Notes: generated from the sequence alone by a model not told the origin. DNA of 64,000 nt from the human T2T-CHM13v2.0 reference genome, Homo sapiens (GCF_009914755.1 NC_060932.1), one strand, 5' to 3'; counted from the stretch's first letter, positions 29,681 through 46,651 are shown. Numbers and translations: made by a program.

Positions 29681-31448
29681 TTATTTCATGATTTTTTCAT
29701 GGTTTAATAGTATTTCATTGTGTATATATACCACATTTACTTTATCCAGTTATCCATTGATGGACAGTTAAGTTGATTACATATCTTTGCTATTGTGAAT
29801 AGTATTGCAATAAACACGTCCCTTTGATATACTAATTTCTTTTCCTTTGGGTAGGTATCCAGGAGTGGGATTAATGGAACCTATGGTAGTTCTATTTTTA
29901 GTTTGCTGAGAAATTTCCATACTGCTTATCATAGAGGTTGTACTAATTTACATCCCCACTAACAGTGTATGAGAATGCCCTTTTCTCCACATCCTCACCA
30001 TCATCTATTATTTTTTTACTTTTTAGTAATAGCCATTCTAACAGGATAAGCTGGTATCTCATGGTGGCTTTGATTTGAATTTCCCTGATGACTAGTGATG
30101 TTGAACATTTTTTCATATACCTGTTGTCCATTTGTATGTCTTCTTTTGAGAATTATCTATTCATGTATTTGCCCAGTTTTTAATGGGATATTATTATTAT
30201 TGAGTTTCTTGAATTCCTTGTATATTCTGGATATTAGTCCCTTATCAGATGAACAGTTTGCAAATATTTTCTCCCATTCTACAGGTTGTTCATTCTATGA
30301 CTGTTTCCTTTGCTGGCAGAAGCTTTTTAGTTTAATTAAGTCCCATTTGTCTATTTTTGTTTTAGTTGTCTGTGTTTTGTCTTTTTTTTGTCTTAATCAC
30401 AAAATCTTTGCATAGGCCAGTATCCTGAAGTACTTTCCCTATGTTTTCTTCTATTCGTTTTATAGATTCAAGTCTTATGTTTAAGTCTTAAATCCATCTT
30501 GGTAGATTTTTTCGTATGTGATGAGAGGGGTCTAGCTTTATTCATTTGCATATGGATATCCATTTTTTCCAGCACCATTTATTGAAGAGGGTGTCATTTC
30601 CCCAGTGCATGTTCCTGGTGCTTTTGTCAAAGATCAGTTGGCTGTAAATATGTGGCTTTATTTCTGGGTTCTCTATTCTGCTCCATTGATCTGTGTATCT
30701 ATTTTTATACCAATAACATGCTGTTTTGGTTACTGTAGCCTTGTAATATATTTTTGAAGTCAGGTGGTATGATGTTCCAGCTTTGTTCTTTTTGCTCAGG
30801 ATTGCTTTAGTTATTTGGGCTCTTTCTGTTGTTGTTGTTCCACATGAATTTTCTAATTATTTTTTTCTAATTCGGTGAAAAGTAACTTTGGTATTTTCAT
30901 AGGGATTGCATTGAATCTGTAGATTGTTTTAGGCAATATAAGTCATTTTATTAATTGGTCAATGTGGTAATTTCCAGTCCACGAACATGGAATGTCTTTC
31001 CATTTGCTTGTGTCCTCTTTAATTTCTTTCATCAGTGTTTTGTTGTTCTCCTTGTAGAGGGCTTTCACCTTCTTGGTTAAATTTACTTTTAGGCTTTTTT
31101 TGTAGCTATTGTAAATGAGATTGCCTTCTTGATTCCTTTTTTGGCTATTTCATTATTGGTGTATAGAAGTACTACTGATGTCTCTAAAACAACCATTGGA
31201 TTTTTTAGAATTTTAAAAATAAAGAAACGCTATTGATTTTTGTAATGTTGACTTCATCTGCAACTCCTAGCCTCAAGCGATTCTCTCACTTCAGCCTCCC
31301 AAGTAACTGAAATTACTGACACACTATATGTTGATTTTGTGTACTGAAACTTTTCTGTATTTGTTCATCAGTTCTAAGAGGTTTTTGGTGGAATCTTTCG
31401 GTTTTTCTGAATATAAGATCATGTCATCTACAAAGAGGGGCAATTTGA

Positions 31449-31757
<309 letters not shown>

Positions 31758-31786
31758 TGATTTCCTCTTTTCCCAATTTGGATGCT

Positions 31787-32196
31787 GATATGGTTTGGAT
31801 GTTTGTCCAAATCTAATGTTGAAATATAATCACTAATTTTGGAGGTGGGGCCTGGTGGAAGGTGTCTGGATCATGGAGGCAGATCCCTCATGAATGGCTT
31901 AGCACCATCCCCTTGGTGATGAGTGAGTTCTTGCTCAGTGAGTTCACATGAGATCTGGTTGCTTAGAAACCTGGGATCTCCCTCCTCTTCTTGCTTCCTG
32001 TCTCACCATGTGATACGTCTGCTCCCGCTTCGCCTTCCACCACTATTGAAAGCTTCCTGAGACCCTCACCAGGAGCAGATGTTGGCAACATGCTTCCTGT
32101 ACAGATTGCAAACCATGAGACAATTAAACCTCTTTTCTTTATCAATTACCCAGCCTCAGGTATTTCTTTATAGCAATGAAAGAATGGACTAACATA
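31787..32196 (+). mobile_element. MSTA/MSTB MaLR solo LTR
   Basis: tgatatggtttggatg ... ctttatagcaatgaaagaatggactaacata; 5-bp TSD gatgc. Confidence 0.9.
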
Positions 32197-32526
32197 GATG
32201 CCTTTTATTTCTTTCTCTTGCTGATTGCTCTGGCTAAGACTTCCAGAACTATGTTGAACAGGGGTGGTGAAAGTAAGCATCTTTGTCTTGTTCCAGTTCT
32301 TAGAAGAAAGGCTTTCAACTTTTCCCCATTCACTAAGACATTAGCTGTGGGTTTGTAATACATGGTCTTTATTATTTGAGGTATGTTCCTCCTATATCTA
32401 CATTGTTGAGCATTTTATCATGAAATAATGTTGAATTTTACTAAATGCTTTTCTGCATCTATTGAAATGATTATATAGTTTTTCCTTGATTCTGTTGATG
32501 TGATGTGTCACGTTTATTTATTTGCA

Positions 32527-32830
32527 CCTGGGCATGGTAGCTCACACCCAGCACCTTAGGCGGCTAAGATAGGAGGAATTCTTGAGTCCTGGAGTTCAAG
32601 ACCAGCCTAGGCAACAGAGCAAGAACCTGTCTCTACATTTTTTTTTATTTAGTTGGGCATGGTGGTGTGCATCTGTAGTCTCAGCTACTCAGGAGACTGA
32701 GGCAGAAGGATCACTTGAGCTCAAGAGGTTGAGGCTAAAGTGAGCCATGATCATGCCATTCCACTCCAGCCTGGGCGAGAGAGAGAGATCCTCTCTAAAA
32801 AAAGTTTTTAATTAAAAATCTAAAAATAAA
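32527..32830 (+). mobile_element. AluJ in L1
   Basis: Diverged dimeric Alu. Confidence 0.88.
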
Positions 32831-32939
32831 AAATAGTGATTTGTATATGTTAAGCCATCTTTGCATCCCTGGCATAAATCCCAAATTGTCTCGATGCATT
32901 ATCTTTTTATATGCGGTTGAATTTGGTTTGACAGCTTGT

Positions 32940-33248
32940 TTTTGGTTTCTTGTGTTTTTGTTTTGTTTTGAGAGAGTCTCGCTGTCACCCAGGCTGGAGT
33001 GAAGTGGCATAATCTAGGCTCACTGCAACCTCTGCCTCCTGGGTTCAAGTGATTCTCCTGCCTCAGCCTCCCAAGTAGCTGGGATTACAGGCATGCACCA
33101 CCACACCCGGCTAATTTTTGTATTTTTAGTAGAGACGGGGTTTCACCATGTTGGCCAGGCTGGTCTCAAACTCCTGGCCTCAAGCGATCTGCCCGCCTTG
33201 GCCTCCCAAAGTGCTGGGATTACAGGTGTGAGCCACTGTGCCTGGCCG
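32940..33248 (-). mobile_element. AluS in L1
   Basis: Full Alu; TSD tttgacag. Confidence 0.9.
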
Positions 33249-35634
33249 ATTTGACAGTATTTTTTTAGGATTTTTGTATCTATGTTCATCAGTGATATTG
33301 GCCTGTAGTTTTCTTTCTTTGTTGTATCCTTCTCTGGTTTGGTATCAGGGTAATGCTGGCCTCACAGAATAACTTAGGAAGAATTTTCTATTCTTCAATT
33401 TTTTGGAATAATTTTAGGAGGACTGATATTAGTTCTCTATGTTTGGTAGAATTTGGCAGTAAATTCATCCTGCCCTAGGTTTTTCTTTGCTGGGAGACTT
33501 TCTATTACTGATTCAATCTCACTACTCATAATTAGTTTGCTCGGGTTTTCTATGTTTTCCTCATTCAATCTGGGTAGGTTATATGTTTCAAGGAATTTAA
33601 CCATTTTCTCTAGGTTTTCCAGTTTCTTAGTGTACAGATGTTCATAATAGTATCTGGTGATCTTTTGTATTTCCATAGTGCCAATTGTAATGTCTCCTTT
33701 TCCATTTCTGATTTTGCTTATTGGGTCTTCTCTCTTCTTTCCTTGGTTTGTGTAGCTAGCAGTTTATCAATTTTATTTATCTTTTCAAAGAATCAGCTTT
33801 TTTTCATTGATTCTTTGAAATTTTTTTAAGTCTCCATTTTATTTAGTTCTGATCTTTATTATTGCTTTCCTTCCAATTTTGGATTTGGTCTGTTTGCTTT
33901 TCTAGTTTCTAAGATGCATTATTAGATTGTGTATCTGAAATCTTTTTACTTTTTGATATAGGTGTTTATTGCTATAAACTATCCTCTTAGTACTACCTTT
34001 GCTGTATTGCACAGATTATAGTCTATTGATTTTCATTTTCAAGAAATTTTTTTATTTTCATTTTAATTCCTTTATTGACTCAATGTTCATTCACGGGCAT
34101 GTGTTCAATTTCCATGTATTTGTATAGTTTCCAAAGTTTCTCTTGGTATTGATTTCTAGTTTTATCCCACTGTGTCTAAGAAGATACTTGATATGATTTC
34201 AGTTTTTCTAAATTTGTTAAGACTTGTTTTGTGGCCTGACATATGGTCTATCCTAGAGAGTGTTCCATGTGCTGATGAAAAGAATGTGTATTTAGCAGTT
34301 GTTAAATAAAATGTTCTGTAAATGTCTGTTTAGAACCATTTGGTCCAAAGTCCAGTTTAAATCCATTGCTTTTTGTTGATTTTCTGCCTGGATGATCTGT
34401 CTAATGATGAAAGTGGGGTGTTGAAGTCTCCCACTATTATTGTACGGGAGTCTCTCTCTTTAGATCTGGTAATATTTGCTTTATGAATCTGGGTGCTCCA
34501 TTGTTGGGTGCATATATATTTAGCTTGTTATTTCCTTCTGGTGAATTGATCCCTTTGTCATTATATAATGACCTTCTTTGTCTGTTTTACTATTTTAGCT
34601 TAATGTCTTGTTTACCTGATATAAGTATACTTACTATTGCTTGCTTTTGGTTTCTGCTTGCATAGAATACCTTTTTCCATCTGTTTACTTTCAGTCTATA
34701 CATATCTCTACAAGTAAAATCAATTTCTTCTAAACAGTGTATAGTTGGATCATTGTTTTAATCCACTCAGCCAGTGTATATCTTTTAAGTGAAGAATATA
34801 ATCCATTTATATTCAAGATTATTATTGTTATGTGAGGTTTTTTTCTGTTATATTTTTTATTATTCACTGGTTGTTTTGTACATTCTTTGTTCCTTTCTTT
34901 TTCTCTTATTGGTTTGGTGGTTATCTATAGTGGTACCATTTGAGTCCTTCTCTTTCTCATGTATGTGTTTGCTTTGCTAGTGAGTTGTATACTTTTGTGT
35001 GTTTTCATGATGGTAAATGTCATCCTTTTGCTTCCAGGTTTAGGAATCCCTTGAGCATTTTTGCAGGGCTAGTGATGAATTCTCCTACTTTTATTTGTGT
35101 AAGAAAGACTTTTTCTCCTTCATTTATAAAGGATAATTTTGCTGTATATGTTGTCTTGGCTGGCAGTTGTTTTCTTTCAGCACTTCAAATACATTATCCT
35201 TTTCTCTCCAGGCCTATAACATTTCTGCTGAGAAACCTGCTATTAATCTGTTTGCCTGATGGGGGTTCCTTTAAAGGTAACTAGACACTTTTCTCTTGCT
35301 GTTTTTAGAATTTGTCGTTGACTTTCAACATTTTGACTATAATGTGCTGTAGAGATCTTTTGCATTGTATCTGTTTGGGGATTACTGGGCCTCCTGTTTC
35401 TGGATGTCTAAATCTCTTGCTATACTTGGGAAGTTTACATCTATTATTTCATCACATTGATATTTGAATGCTTTCATTCTCTCTTCGCCTTCCAGGATAC
35501 CAATAATTTCTTTATTTGGTCACTTTATGGTCTCCCATGTATCAAGAAGGCTTTGTTCATTCCTTTTTATTATTTTTCTTTATTTTTCTCTGACTAGGGT
35601 ATTTCAAAAGATCTGTCTTTAAGTTCTAAGATTC

Positions 35635-35641
<7 letters not shown>

Positions 35642-35667
<26 letters not shown>

Positions 35668-35792
35668 TGGAGACAGGACTCACCTGTCACCCAGGCTAGA
35701 GTGCACTGCAGCCTTAAACTCCTGGGCTCAAATGATCCTCCCACCTCGGCCTCCCAAAGGTTGGGAATACAGGTATGAGGCACCGTGCCCAG
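35642..35792 (-). mobile_element. Internally deleted or monomeric Alu
   Basis: PolyT plus fused Alu arms; TSD gattcttttct. Confidence 0.8.
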
Positions 35793-37495
35793 TGATTCTT
35801 TCTTCTGTTTGATCTACTCTGTTGTTGAAGCTTTCAAATGTATTTTGTGATTAATTAAATGAATTCTTCAGTTGCAGATTTTCTGTTTGGTTCTCTTTTA
35901 TGATATCTATCTCCTTGGTAAATTTCTTATTTATATCCTGAATTGTTTTTCTGATTTATTTGTATTTGTATTGTTTTTTCAGTTAGGTGCAAGCCACCTG
36001 CTGGTCTAGCCTTGTGCCTCAGCCCCTGGTGCAATGGCTTATGGTTGCTTGCACCTGAGAGTCTCTTGTATCTCACTGAGCTTCTTTAGAATCAATAATT
36101 TTAATTCTTTTTACAGGCTTTCATGAATTTCTTTTTGATTTGGATATATTCCTGGAGAACTACTGTGTTCCTTTGGAGTTATCACACTTTCTTGCTCTTC
36201 ATGCTTCCTGTATCCTTATGTTAATATCTGCACATCTGGCTTATTAGCTGCTTCTTCCAGGTTTTTGAATTTGCTTTCATAGGGGAGGACTTTCTCCTGA
36301 GGATGAATCCATAATGTCAGCTGGGTAAAACACTTTGACTTTTATTCTGGGTCTGTGCAATAATGTAGTCTCTGTATGATTTCTTTTGCTGTAAACAGTA
36401 TCAGGGGTAACCAAGATTTCTTTGGTGGCTTATAGTGTGGTATTTGTGGAGGCTGTGTACAGTTTTACTAGGGACTGGGATGTCAGGTAGCCCAGTCTTT
36501 GGGCTCTAGTGGTGGGAGCCATGGGCTGAGCACGCCTGTCCTTTGGTGGCATATGCTGGCACCAGTGTAGCAGGTACATGTGGATCAATTTTGGGGCCTC
36601 CACATGGCTTACTCAGATGCTGGTGGTGGCATCCATGGACCAGGCAGGTAGGCAGGTTCTCAGGCCCCTGGGCAGGCAGTGTGGTGGGGGTTGTGGCAGT
36701 GACAGGATGACCCTCCAGGTCTAATGCCATGCAGTGTGCACTGATGTTGGTGGTGGCTGCAATGGGCTGGGCAAGCCAGTCTCCAGGCCCACAGGTGGCA
36801 CATGCAGGTAAGTGCCAGCTGTGATTTTAGTGGCCAGGTGTGTAGGCCCAATCTCAGACCCTCAGGGGAGTGTTCAGGTACCAATGATGGTGGGCTGGGC
36901 TGGGTAATAACCTGGCTTTGATTGGGTGCTCTGGTATGAGGTGGGATGACTTGTTCTCAAAACCCCCAATCATGTGTACAGGAGCTGGATGTGGTAGATA
37001 ACGACAAGGCAATCTCTAAGCCACCAGCAGAATGCTCGGGTGGCAGACAGCAGCAGCTCTGCTGTTGCTCTGCCACAGGGTGTAAGGGAGTGCTACCTTT
37101 GGTGATAGCAGCCTAGGCCAGCAGCTGGGGAGCATACATGCCATTCATGCCTCAGCCCCTGGTGCAGCAGCCCACAGTTGCTTGTACCTAAGCACAAGGG
37201 TTAACAGCCAGTTCTTCTTGTACGCCTCAGTCCCAGCACCAGTGGGCTCCAGAACAGTGAAGTTTGTTGGGGATGGGGCTCTAAAATGGCACCTCACTTG
37301 CACCTCAGTCCTAAAGGCAGCTGCACACCTCAGCCATGTCTTCACCCCCAGTGCAGTAGCTACAGTTGCTTGCACCTAAGCCCCAAAGCCACAGCCTGTG
37401 TTTCTCTCGCACTTTAGCCCAGCACCACTGGGCTCCAGGCAATCTACTGAGGATAGCATTCTAAAATGGTACCTCGCAAAAAACATCCCATGCTC

Positions 37496-37745
37496 TGTTC
37501 TCATTCATAAGTGGGAGTTGAACAGTGAGAACATGGGCACAGGGAGGCGAACATCACACACTGGGGCCTGTCAGGGGGTAGGGGGAAAGGGGAGGGGTAG
37601 CATTAGGAGAAATACCTCATGTAGATGACGGGTTGATGGGTGCAGCAAACCACCATGGCACATGTATACCTATGTAACAAATCTGCACGTTCTGCACATG
37701 TATCCCAGAACTTAAGTATAATTTAAAAATCTCAAATTTTAATTG
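37496..37745 (+). mobile_element. L1PA7/8-like 3' end
   Basis: gtagatgacgggttgatgggtgcagcaaaccacc; TSD atcccatgctc. Confidence 0.88.
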
Positions 37746-37859
37746 GAAAAAAAAATCCCATGCTCATAATTAGAATAATTAATATCATTTCAATGACCAT
37801 ACTGCCCAAAGCAATCTATAGATTCGATGCAATCCCCATCAAAATACCAATGTCATTTT

Positions 37860-38259
<400 letters not shown>

Positions 38260-38649
38260 TAAAGTAATCTTGAACAAAAAGAACAAAGCTAGAGGCATCA
38301 CATTACCCAACCTCAAATTATACTCCAAGGATATAGCAACCCAAACAGCATAGTACTGGCATAAAAATAGACACATAGATCAACGGAATAGAATAGAGAA
38401 CCCAGAAATAAAGCCACATATTTACAGCCAACTGATTTTAGACAAAGGTGCCAAGAACACACACCGGGGAAAGAACACCCTCTTCAATAAATGGTGCTGA
38501 GAAAATTGGATATCCATATGCAGAAGAATTAAACTAAATCCCTGTCACCATATACAAAAATCTACTCAAGACGGATTAAAGACTTAAATGTAAGACCTGA
38601 AATTATTTAAAAATACTAGGGGAAAACTTTTCTGGACATTGGTCTAGGC

Positions 38650-38738
38650 AAAGAATTGCCTTTGGAGGTCTTAGAGTGCCTAAGAGCTCAAAAGAATTGC
38701 GTTTGGAGGTCTTAGAGTGCCTAAGACCTCAAAAGAAT
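38650..38738. repeat. 41-bp tandem duplication with internal inverted repeat
   Basis: aaagaattgcStttggaggtcttagagtgcctaagaSctca x2. Confidence 0.9.
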
Positions 38739-39107
38739 AAACAATAAAAACAAGGGACAAATGGGACTTGATTAAACTAAAGAGCTTCTACACAGCAAAA
38801 GAAACTGTCAACAGAGTGAACAGACGACATGCAGAATGGAAGAACTTTGCATTCAATAGAGGACTAATATTCAGAATATACTCAACTCAATAACAACAAA
38901 AAAACAAGTAACCCCATTAAAAGTGGGCAAAGGACATGAATAAACATTTTTCAAAAGAAGACACACAAATAGCCAACATACATATGAAAAAATACTCAAC
39001 ACCACTAACCATCAGAGGAATACAAATTTCAACCACAAAGAGATATCATCGTACATCAGTGAGAATGACCATTATTAAAAAGTTGAGAAATAACAAATGT
39101 TGGCAAG

Positions 39108-39461
39108 TGTATTAGTCCGTTTTCATGCTGCTGATAATGACATACTGAAGACTGGGAAGAAAAATAAGTTGAATTGGACTTGCAGTTCCACATGGCTGGG
39201 AAGACCTCAGAATCATGGTGGGAGGTGAAAGGCACTTCTTACATGGTGGCAGCAAGAGAAAAATCAGGAAGAAACAAAAGCAGAAACCCTGATAAACCCA
39301 TCAGATGTCATGAGACTTATTCACTATCACGAGAATAGCATGGGAAAGACCAGCCACCATGACTTAATTACCTCCCCCTTGGTCCCTCCCACAACATGTG
39401 GGAATTCTGAGAGATACGATTCAAATTGAGATTTGGGTGGGGACAGAGCCAAACCATATCA
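39108..39461 (-). mobile_element. THE1 (THE1C-like) solo LTR
   Basis: tgtattagtccgttttcatgctgct ... gccaaaccatatca termini. Confidence 0.92.
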
Positions 39462-39700
39462 GTGAGGATGTGGAGTAAAGGGAACACTTATAGACTGTTG
39501 GTGGGAATGTAAATTAGTACAATCTCTATCAAAAGCAGTATGGAGATTTCTGAAAATAAAAATAAAAATAGAACTACTATTTGATCCAGCAATCACACTA
39601 GCCAATGGAAAATCATTATATCAAAAAGCTACCTGTATTTGTATGTGTATCAGTACTATTTGCAACAGCAAAGATACGCAATCCACCTAACAGTCCATCA

Positions 39701-39935
<235 letters not shown>

Positions 39936-39937
39936 TG

Positions 39938-40530
39938 TGGAGGAGGAGGAGGAGGAGAAGGAGGAAAAAGAAGAAGAAGAAGAAAGAAGAAGAAGAAGAA
40001 GAAGAAGAAGAAGAAGAAGAAGAAGAGGGAGGAGGAGGAGGAGAAAGAAGAAGAAGAAGGAGAAGGAGAAGGAGAAGGAGAAGGAGAAGGAGAAGAAGAA
40101 GGAGAAGAAGGAGGAGGAAGAGGAGAAGAAAGGGAAGAAGGGGAAGAGGGAGAAGAGAAAGAAGAAGAAGAAGGAGAAGGGGGAGGGTGAGGTGAGGGGG
40201 AGGAGGAGGAAGGTGCAGGGGAAGGGGGAAGAGAGAAGAAAGAAGAGGAGGAAGAGGAAGAAGAACTATGCAAAGGTTGCACTTCAGCCTGGGTGACAGA
40301 ATGAGACAAGAAGAAGGGGAAGGAGAAGGAGAAGGAGAGGGAGAGGGAGAGGGAGAGGAAGAAGAAGAAGAAGAAGAGGAAGAAGAAGAGGAGGAGGAGG
40401 AGAAGGAGAAGGAGGCAGGGGAAGGGGAAGAAGAAGAAGGAGGAGGAGGAGGAGGAGATGGAAAAGGAGGGGGAGGGGAGGGGAGAGGGAGAGGGAAGAA
40501 AGAAGAAAGAAGAAGAGAAAGAGGAAGAAC
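39938..40530. repeat. Polypurine GAA/GGA/GGAGAA compound repeat in two blocks
   Basis: Direct reading; includes about (AAG)13; blocks separated by a duplicated Alu end at 40270-40307. Confidence 0.95.
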
Positions 40531-40532
40531 TA

Positions 40533-40845
40533 TGCCGGGCACACTTGTAACCCCAGCACTTTGGGAGGCCAAGGCAGGAGGGTCACTTGAGTCCAGGGGT
40601 TCGAGATCAGCCTGGACAACATAGTGGGATCCCCATCTCTACAAAAAATAAAAAATTAAAAAATTAGCCAGGTGTGGTGGCACATACCTGTAGTCCCAGC
40701 TACTTGAGAGGCTTGAGGTGGGAGAACTACTTGAGCCCAGGAGGTCGAGGCTGTAGTGAGCTGTGACCACACCACTGCACTCCAACCTGGGCAACAGAAT
40801 GAGATCCCCATCTTAAAAAAATAAAAATTAAAAAATTACTAAAAA
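40533..40845 (+). mobile_element. AluJ
   Basis: Dimeric Alu, J diagnostics. Confidence 0.88.
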
Positions 40846-41244
40846 GAAATACACGTGTATTTATTATATACACACACAATGAAATACTATTCAGTCATTT
40901 AAAAAAAATAAATCATGTATTTTGCAGCAACATGGATGGAACTGGAGGCCATTATCTTAAGTGAAAAATCTCAGAAACAGAAAGCCAAATACTACATGTT
41001 CTCACTTGCAAGTGGGAGCTAAATAATATGTATACATGGACATAAAGTGTGGAATAATAGACATTGGAGTCTTGGAAGGGTGGAAGGGCGGGAGGAGGTG
41101 AGAGATGAAAAGTTAGTTAGTGGGTACAATGTACACTGTTCAAGTGACAGTTATGCTAAAAGCCCAGACTTCACCACTGTGCAGTATATCCATTTAACAA
41201 AATTGCACTTGTACTCTGTAAATTTAGACACAATTTAACATTTA

Positions 41245-41780
<536 letters not shown>

Positions 41781-42054
41781 TTAACTCCCAAATATAGTCA
41801 ACCCTCTAGAGGGTTTGTTTTTTCAGGCTTCTTTATGGATTATAAGGCTGTCACATTTCACTTTTTTCATGAACATCATCTAAAACCCACACTAGAAGTT
41901 AATTCGCAAAACATAAGCCTCACTGTGATGATAGGACGCAGAGAGTCTAGAATCAGGAACATACTGTTTGCCATTGAATTATCTGGCTGGGCCATGCATA
42001 TGGACACGATGAGATTCTGACCATAAGAGGACAATTAATCAAAGATGCCCCTAA

Positions 42055-42369
<315 letters not shown>

Positions 42370-43292
42370 CTAAAAAACTATTCTGGGGTCAGCCCACCTA
42401 AAAGAGGAAGTACTGCAAGGCATAGTCACAGCAAAACACACCTCCAAACAAAGTGATACTACTATAGAAACAAGGGAGAGAGGCCAATCTAATGCATCAG
42501 TCAGACACATAGCAACTAATTCTAAACCCAGGAAAATCATACAGGTGAAGATCCTTGACTGCAGATATAGAAGACAGGGCCTAAGAATCTCACATTATTC
42601 CTAACTAAAGGATGCTTATCCTTTTACCAGAGAGCAATGAGGAGCAGTGGCACAGATGTGACCCTGGGTGATCGCTGGCAGCTGCCCCAGTTTGTCCCCA
42701 GCGTGTACACACAGGGTCGCGTCTGTGCACTGCTCCTCACTGCTCTCTGGTAAAAAGTTCTTGCCTCTTCCCGGCTCCAGAGATGGGCACATGGTTAGGT
42801 TAATCCCAGAGCCCCTCTGCATCCCAGCCACATTGCTGGGCAGGGTTGGACAATGGCCAACCTGTAGCTTAGAAGTGGGCCTCCTGTTGCCTCCCAGATT
42901 GCAGCCGTAGATGGCCTGAGCATTGGTCCCCACCACTTGGGAAAAGCCCTTCCACAGTAATCTATAGAGGCAAAAATGAAGCCAACATGTGCACAAGCTC
43001 CAATGGCCTTTACATCTATAGATCCAGTGGACCCTGGGGCAGGTTCTATGTCTGCCCTTTCTGCAATTTATCTATAGGAACTGATGCATTCTTTTTGGCT
43101 TTAACTAAAGTTGGGTGAAAGAGCACTAATGCCTTTCATCTGCATAACAGTTTTATTGAAGATACTCACCTCTTTGGGGAAATAAATGTAAAATAATCTT
43201 TTTTTTTTTCAAATGACTGCCTCAAGCTGTACTACATTGAGCCTCCCTCTCATCTTTTAAAAATATGCACAGATTAAATGCCTTTCAGTTGT

Positions 43293-43448
43293 TATAGGGG
43301 TCAGCAAAGTTTTTCTGTAAAGAGCTAGATAGTAAACATTTTAAGCTTTGTGGGCTACATATGATCTCTATTGCATATTCTTGTTTATTTTACAATCCTC
43401 TAAAAATGTCAGAACCAGGAGCTGGGCTGCATCTGGCCCATGGGTTAT
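43293..43448. mobile_element. MER58 (hAT-Charlie) fragment
   Basis: ggggtcagcaaagtttttctgtaaagagctagatagtaaacattttaagctttg. Confidence 0.8.
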
Positions 43449-45220
43449 TAAATTATTAAAACAGCTCAGCTTTGGGCTTCAATCTCATTGTTAGGATAGG
43501 CGCTTTGGGCCCGGAGAGCCCCGACATGTTCCTGCTAAGTGGACTGGACTGCCAGGACTACATGTCCTTTGACACAGAAAATTCTGTAGCTAGTCTCACA
43601 GGCAGCTGAATAAGTCAGTAAGTCAGTGGGAAGTCCAGTAGGACAAGCAGAGCTAGGAAGAGGGTAGGGCAAGCAAGTCCCCCAGGGCATAAGATTTAAG
43701 GAAGCTCTCCTTCTCAGGTGCCAATTCTGCATTTGCACAAACCTGAGAGTGAGTACCACCTTATGTTGTCTGCCTTGGGCACCATCCCTTGCCTCATCCT
43801 CATCCCAGAGCGGATGACCACCACCTAACTGCTCATTCTTGAGGCCAGGGGAACCAGCTTGCCTGCGGTTTGCTACGATGTGTGCTGCTTGATCAAAAAG
43901 CACTGGGCTCTTGGCCCTGGCTTCTCCTGGAACAAAACCCACTGCCAGTGTTTGTGTTATCTCAGCCCATGAAATCACCCTCATGGGACTTGGGAACAAG
44001 AAAAACCAACAAATACCCTGAGGCTCATGCTTTCATCATGCTGTGAGTATGAAAAGCCACTTGTTTCTGACCCAGGAGTCTGACATCTTCTGCTAGCAGA
44101 TATGAAATCATAGTAGGCTAGTAAGTTGGGTAAAATCATACCCTTCATACTTCTCGGCTCATATCTGATGCAAAATCTCCACCCATCCCTACTCCTATGA
44201 CCATCTCAGTCACGGACTGGATGCCAACTCCAGGGGCTCGTAGCAGGGTTGTCTGTCTTTGTAACACCTTCTCTCCTTTCATCTTAAGGCTGGAGTTGGG
44301 GGGAGGAAGGATTACGGAGACCAAAATGTGATGTACTTGCCTGCCTGCCTCATGGTGGTAGGAAGGGGCCCTCATGATTGGACTTGGTTCTCCCTGATGC
44401 TGGTGGTCTCCAAACAGCTATCTGTTTGTTCTTGGGTTACTGTAAACTTCACCATGGCTCCTTTGGTTGCTGAGAAGCCCCTCAGGAAGGAAAAGCCTAG
44501 TCCCCTTTGACCCTGAGAGTGGTAATGTCCCAACCCCCTCTTGAGGTGGGTTGCCTTCTCACTTGACCTAGGTGACTCTACAGTTCCTGCCCTTCCTTAA
44601 ACCTCCAAGCTCCTTCACAAGGAGCCCAAATAACCTCTGGATACCTCTTCTAGAGACTCTGAGGACTATGGACACTTAGAATGGGGTGGCAGTTGCCACC
44701 TTCTATCCAGGCATGCCACATCAAGGTCCTTTCAAGCTCTGCTGACACAGGCTACTTGTACTGATCTCACATCTTCAGAAGCCTCTGGATAGACACACGG
44801 GTATTGGTTTCTATGTACACATTACTGCCCCAAATTCATATGGGATATATTGCAAGCTCTCTCTAGGCTCTGTCCATCTCCACTGAAGTGACAATACAAG
44901 AAGGGCCTGTAAGCACTCTTGGTCTCAAGATTGATTCTCTTGAAGCCACCCTCCCCACTTCCTGGGCTTGGGGAAAACCCTCACTGTTCTCCCCATGAGG
45001 AGAGGAAGTGGCCTTCTGCTACAGAAACTGTTTTCCCCCAAGGCCAAAGTGTCACTCCTCCTTCCCAAGACTTTCCTTATATACACCTGGGGGTGAAGGA
45101 AGTGGTTTATAATGTAAATTTGGAATTCGGCAGTGCTGGGCAACAGAAACGAGAGAATCTAGAACCCGTTGCTCTCAGCTTTGGTCCTTGCCAGCAATTC
45201 CAGAATAGTAAGAAAGGCCC

Positions 45221-45979
<759 letters not shown>

Positions 45980-46036
45980 TAGGCAACAATACTGCATTGT
46001 TAGGTCTCACTCTAACAACAGGAAACCTCACGCTAT

Positions 46037-46345
<309 letters not shown>

Positions 46346-46651
46346 ACACTATTTTCATAGTTTTTAGTATATATGTTAATAGCACAAATGAAAGCTGGTC
46401 TCAAATTTAAGGAGAAACTTTCAAGAGAAATTTAGATGCATTCAAACATATTAAACAGAAAAGTCAACTTCAGAAATTGGAAAAGCAAACATTTCCTTAC
46501 TAGAAGTATTAAAACTATTTTCTGACTCTATTGAGTGCTTACAGCTATTTCAGTGCTCAAATTACTATCATGTGCACCAATGGGAACATTGCCAAAAGTA
46601 GCTATTTGTATAGTTTTAGGGTTGGCCTTAAAGAGGTCTAGATTTTTAGAG

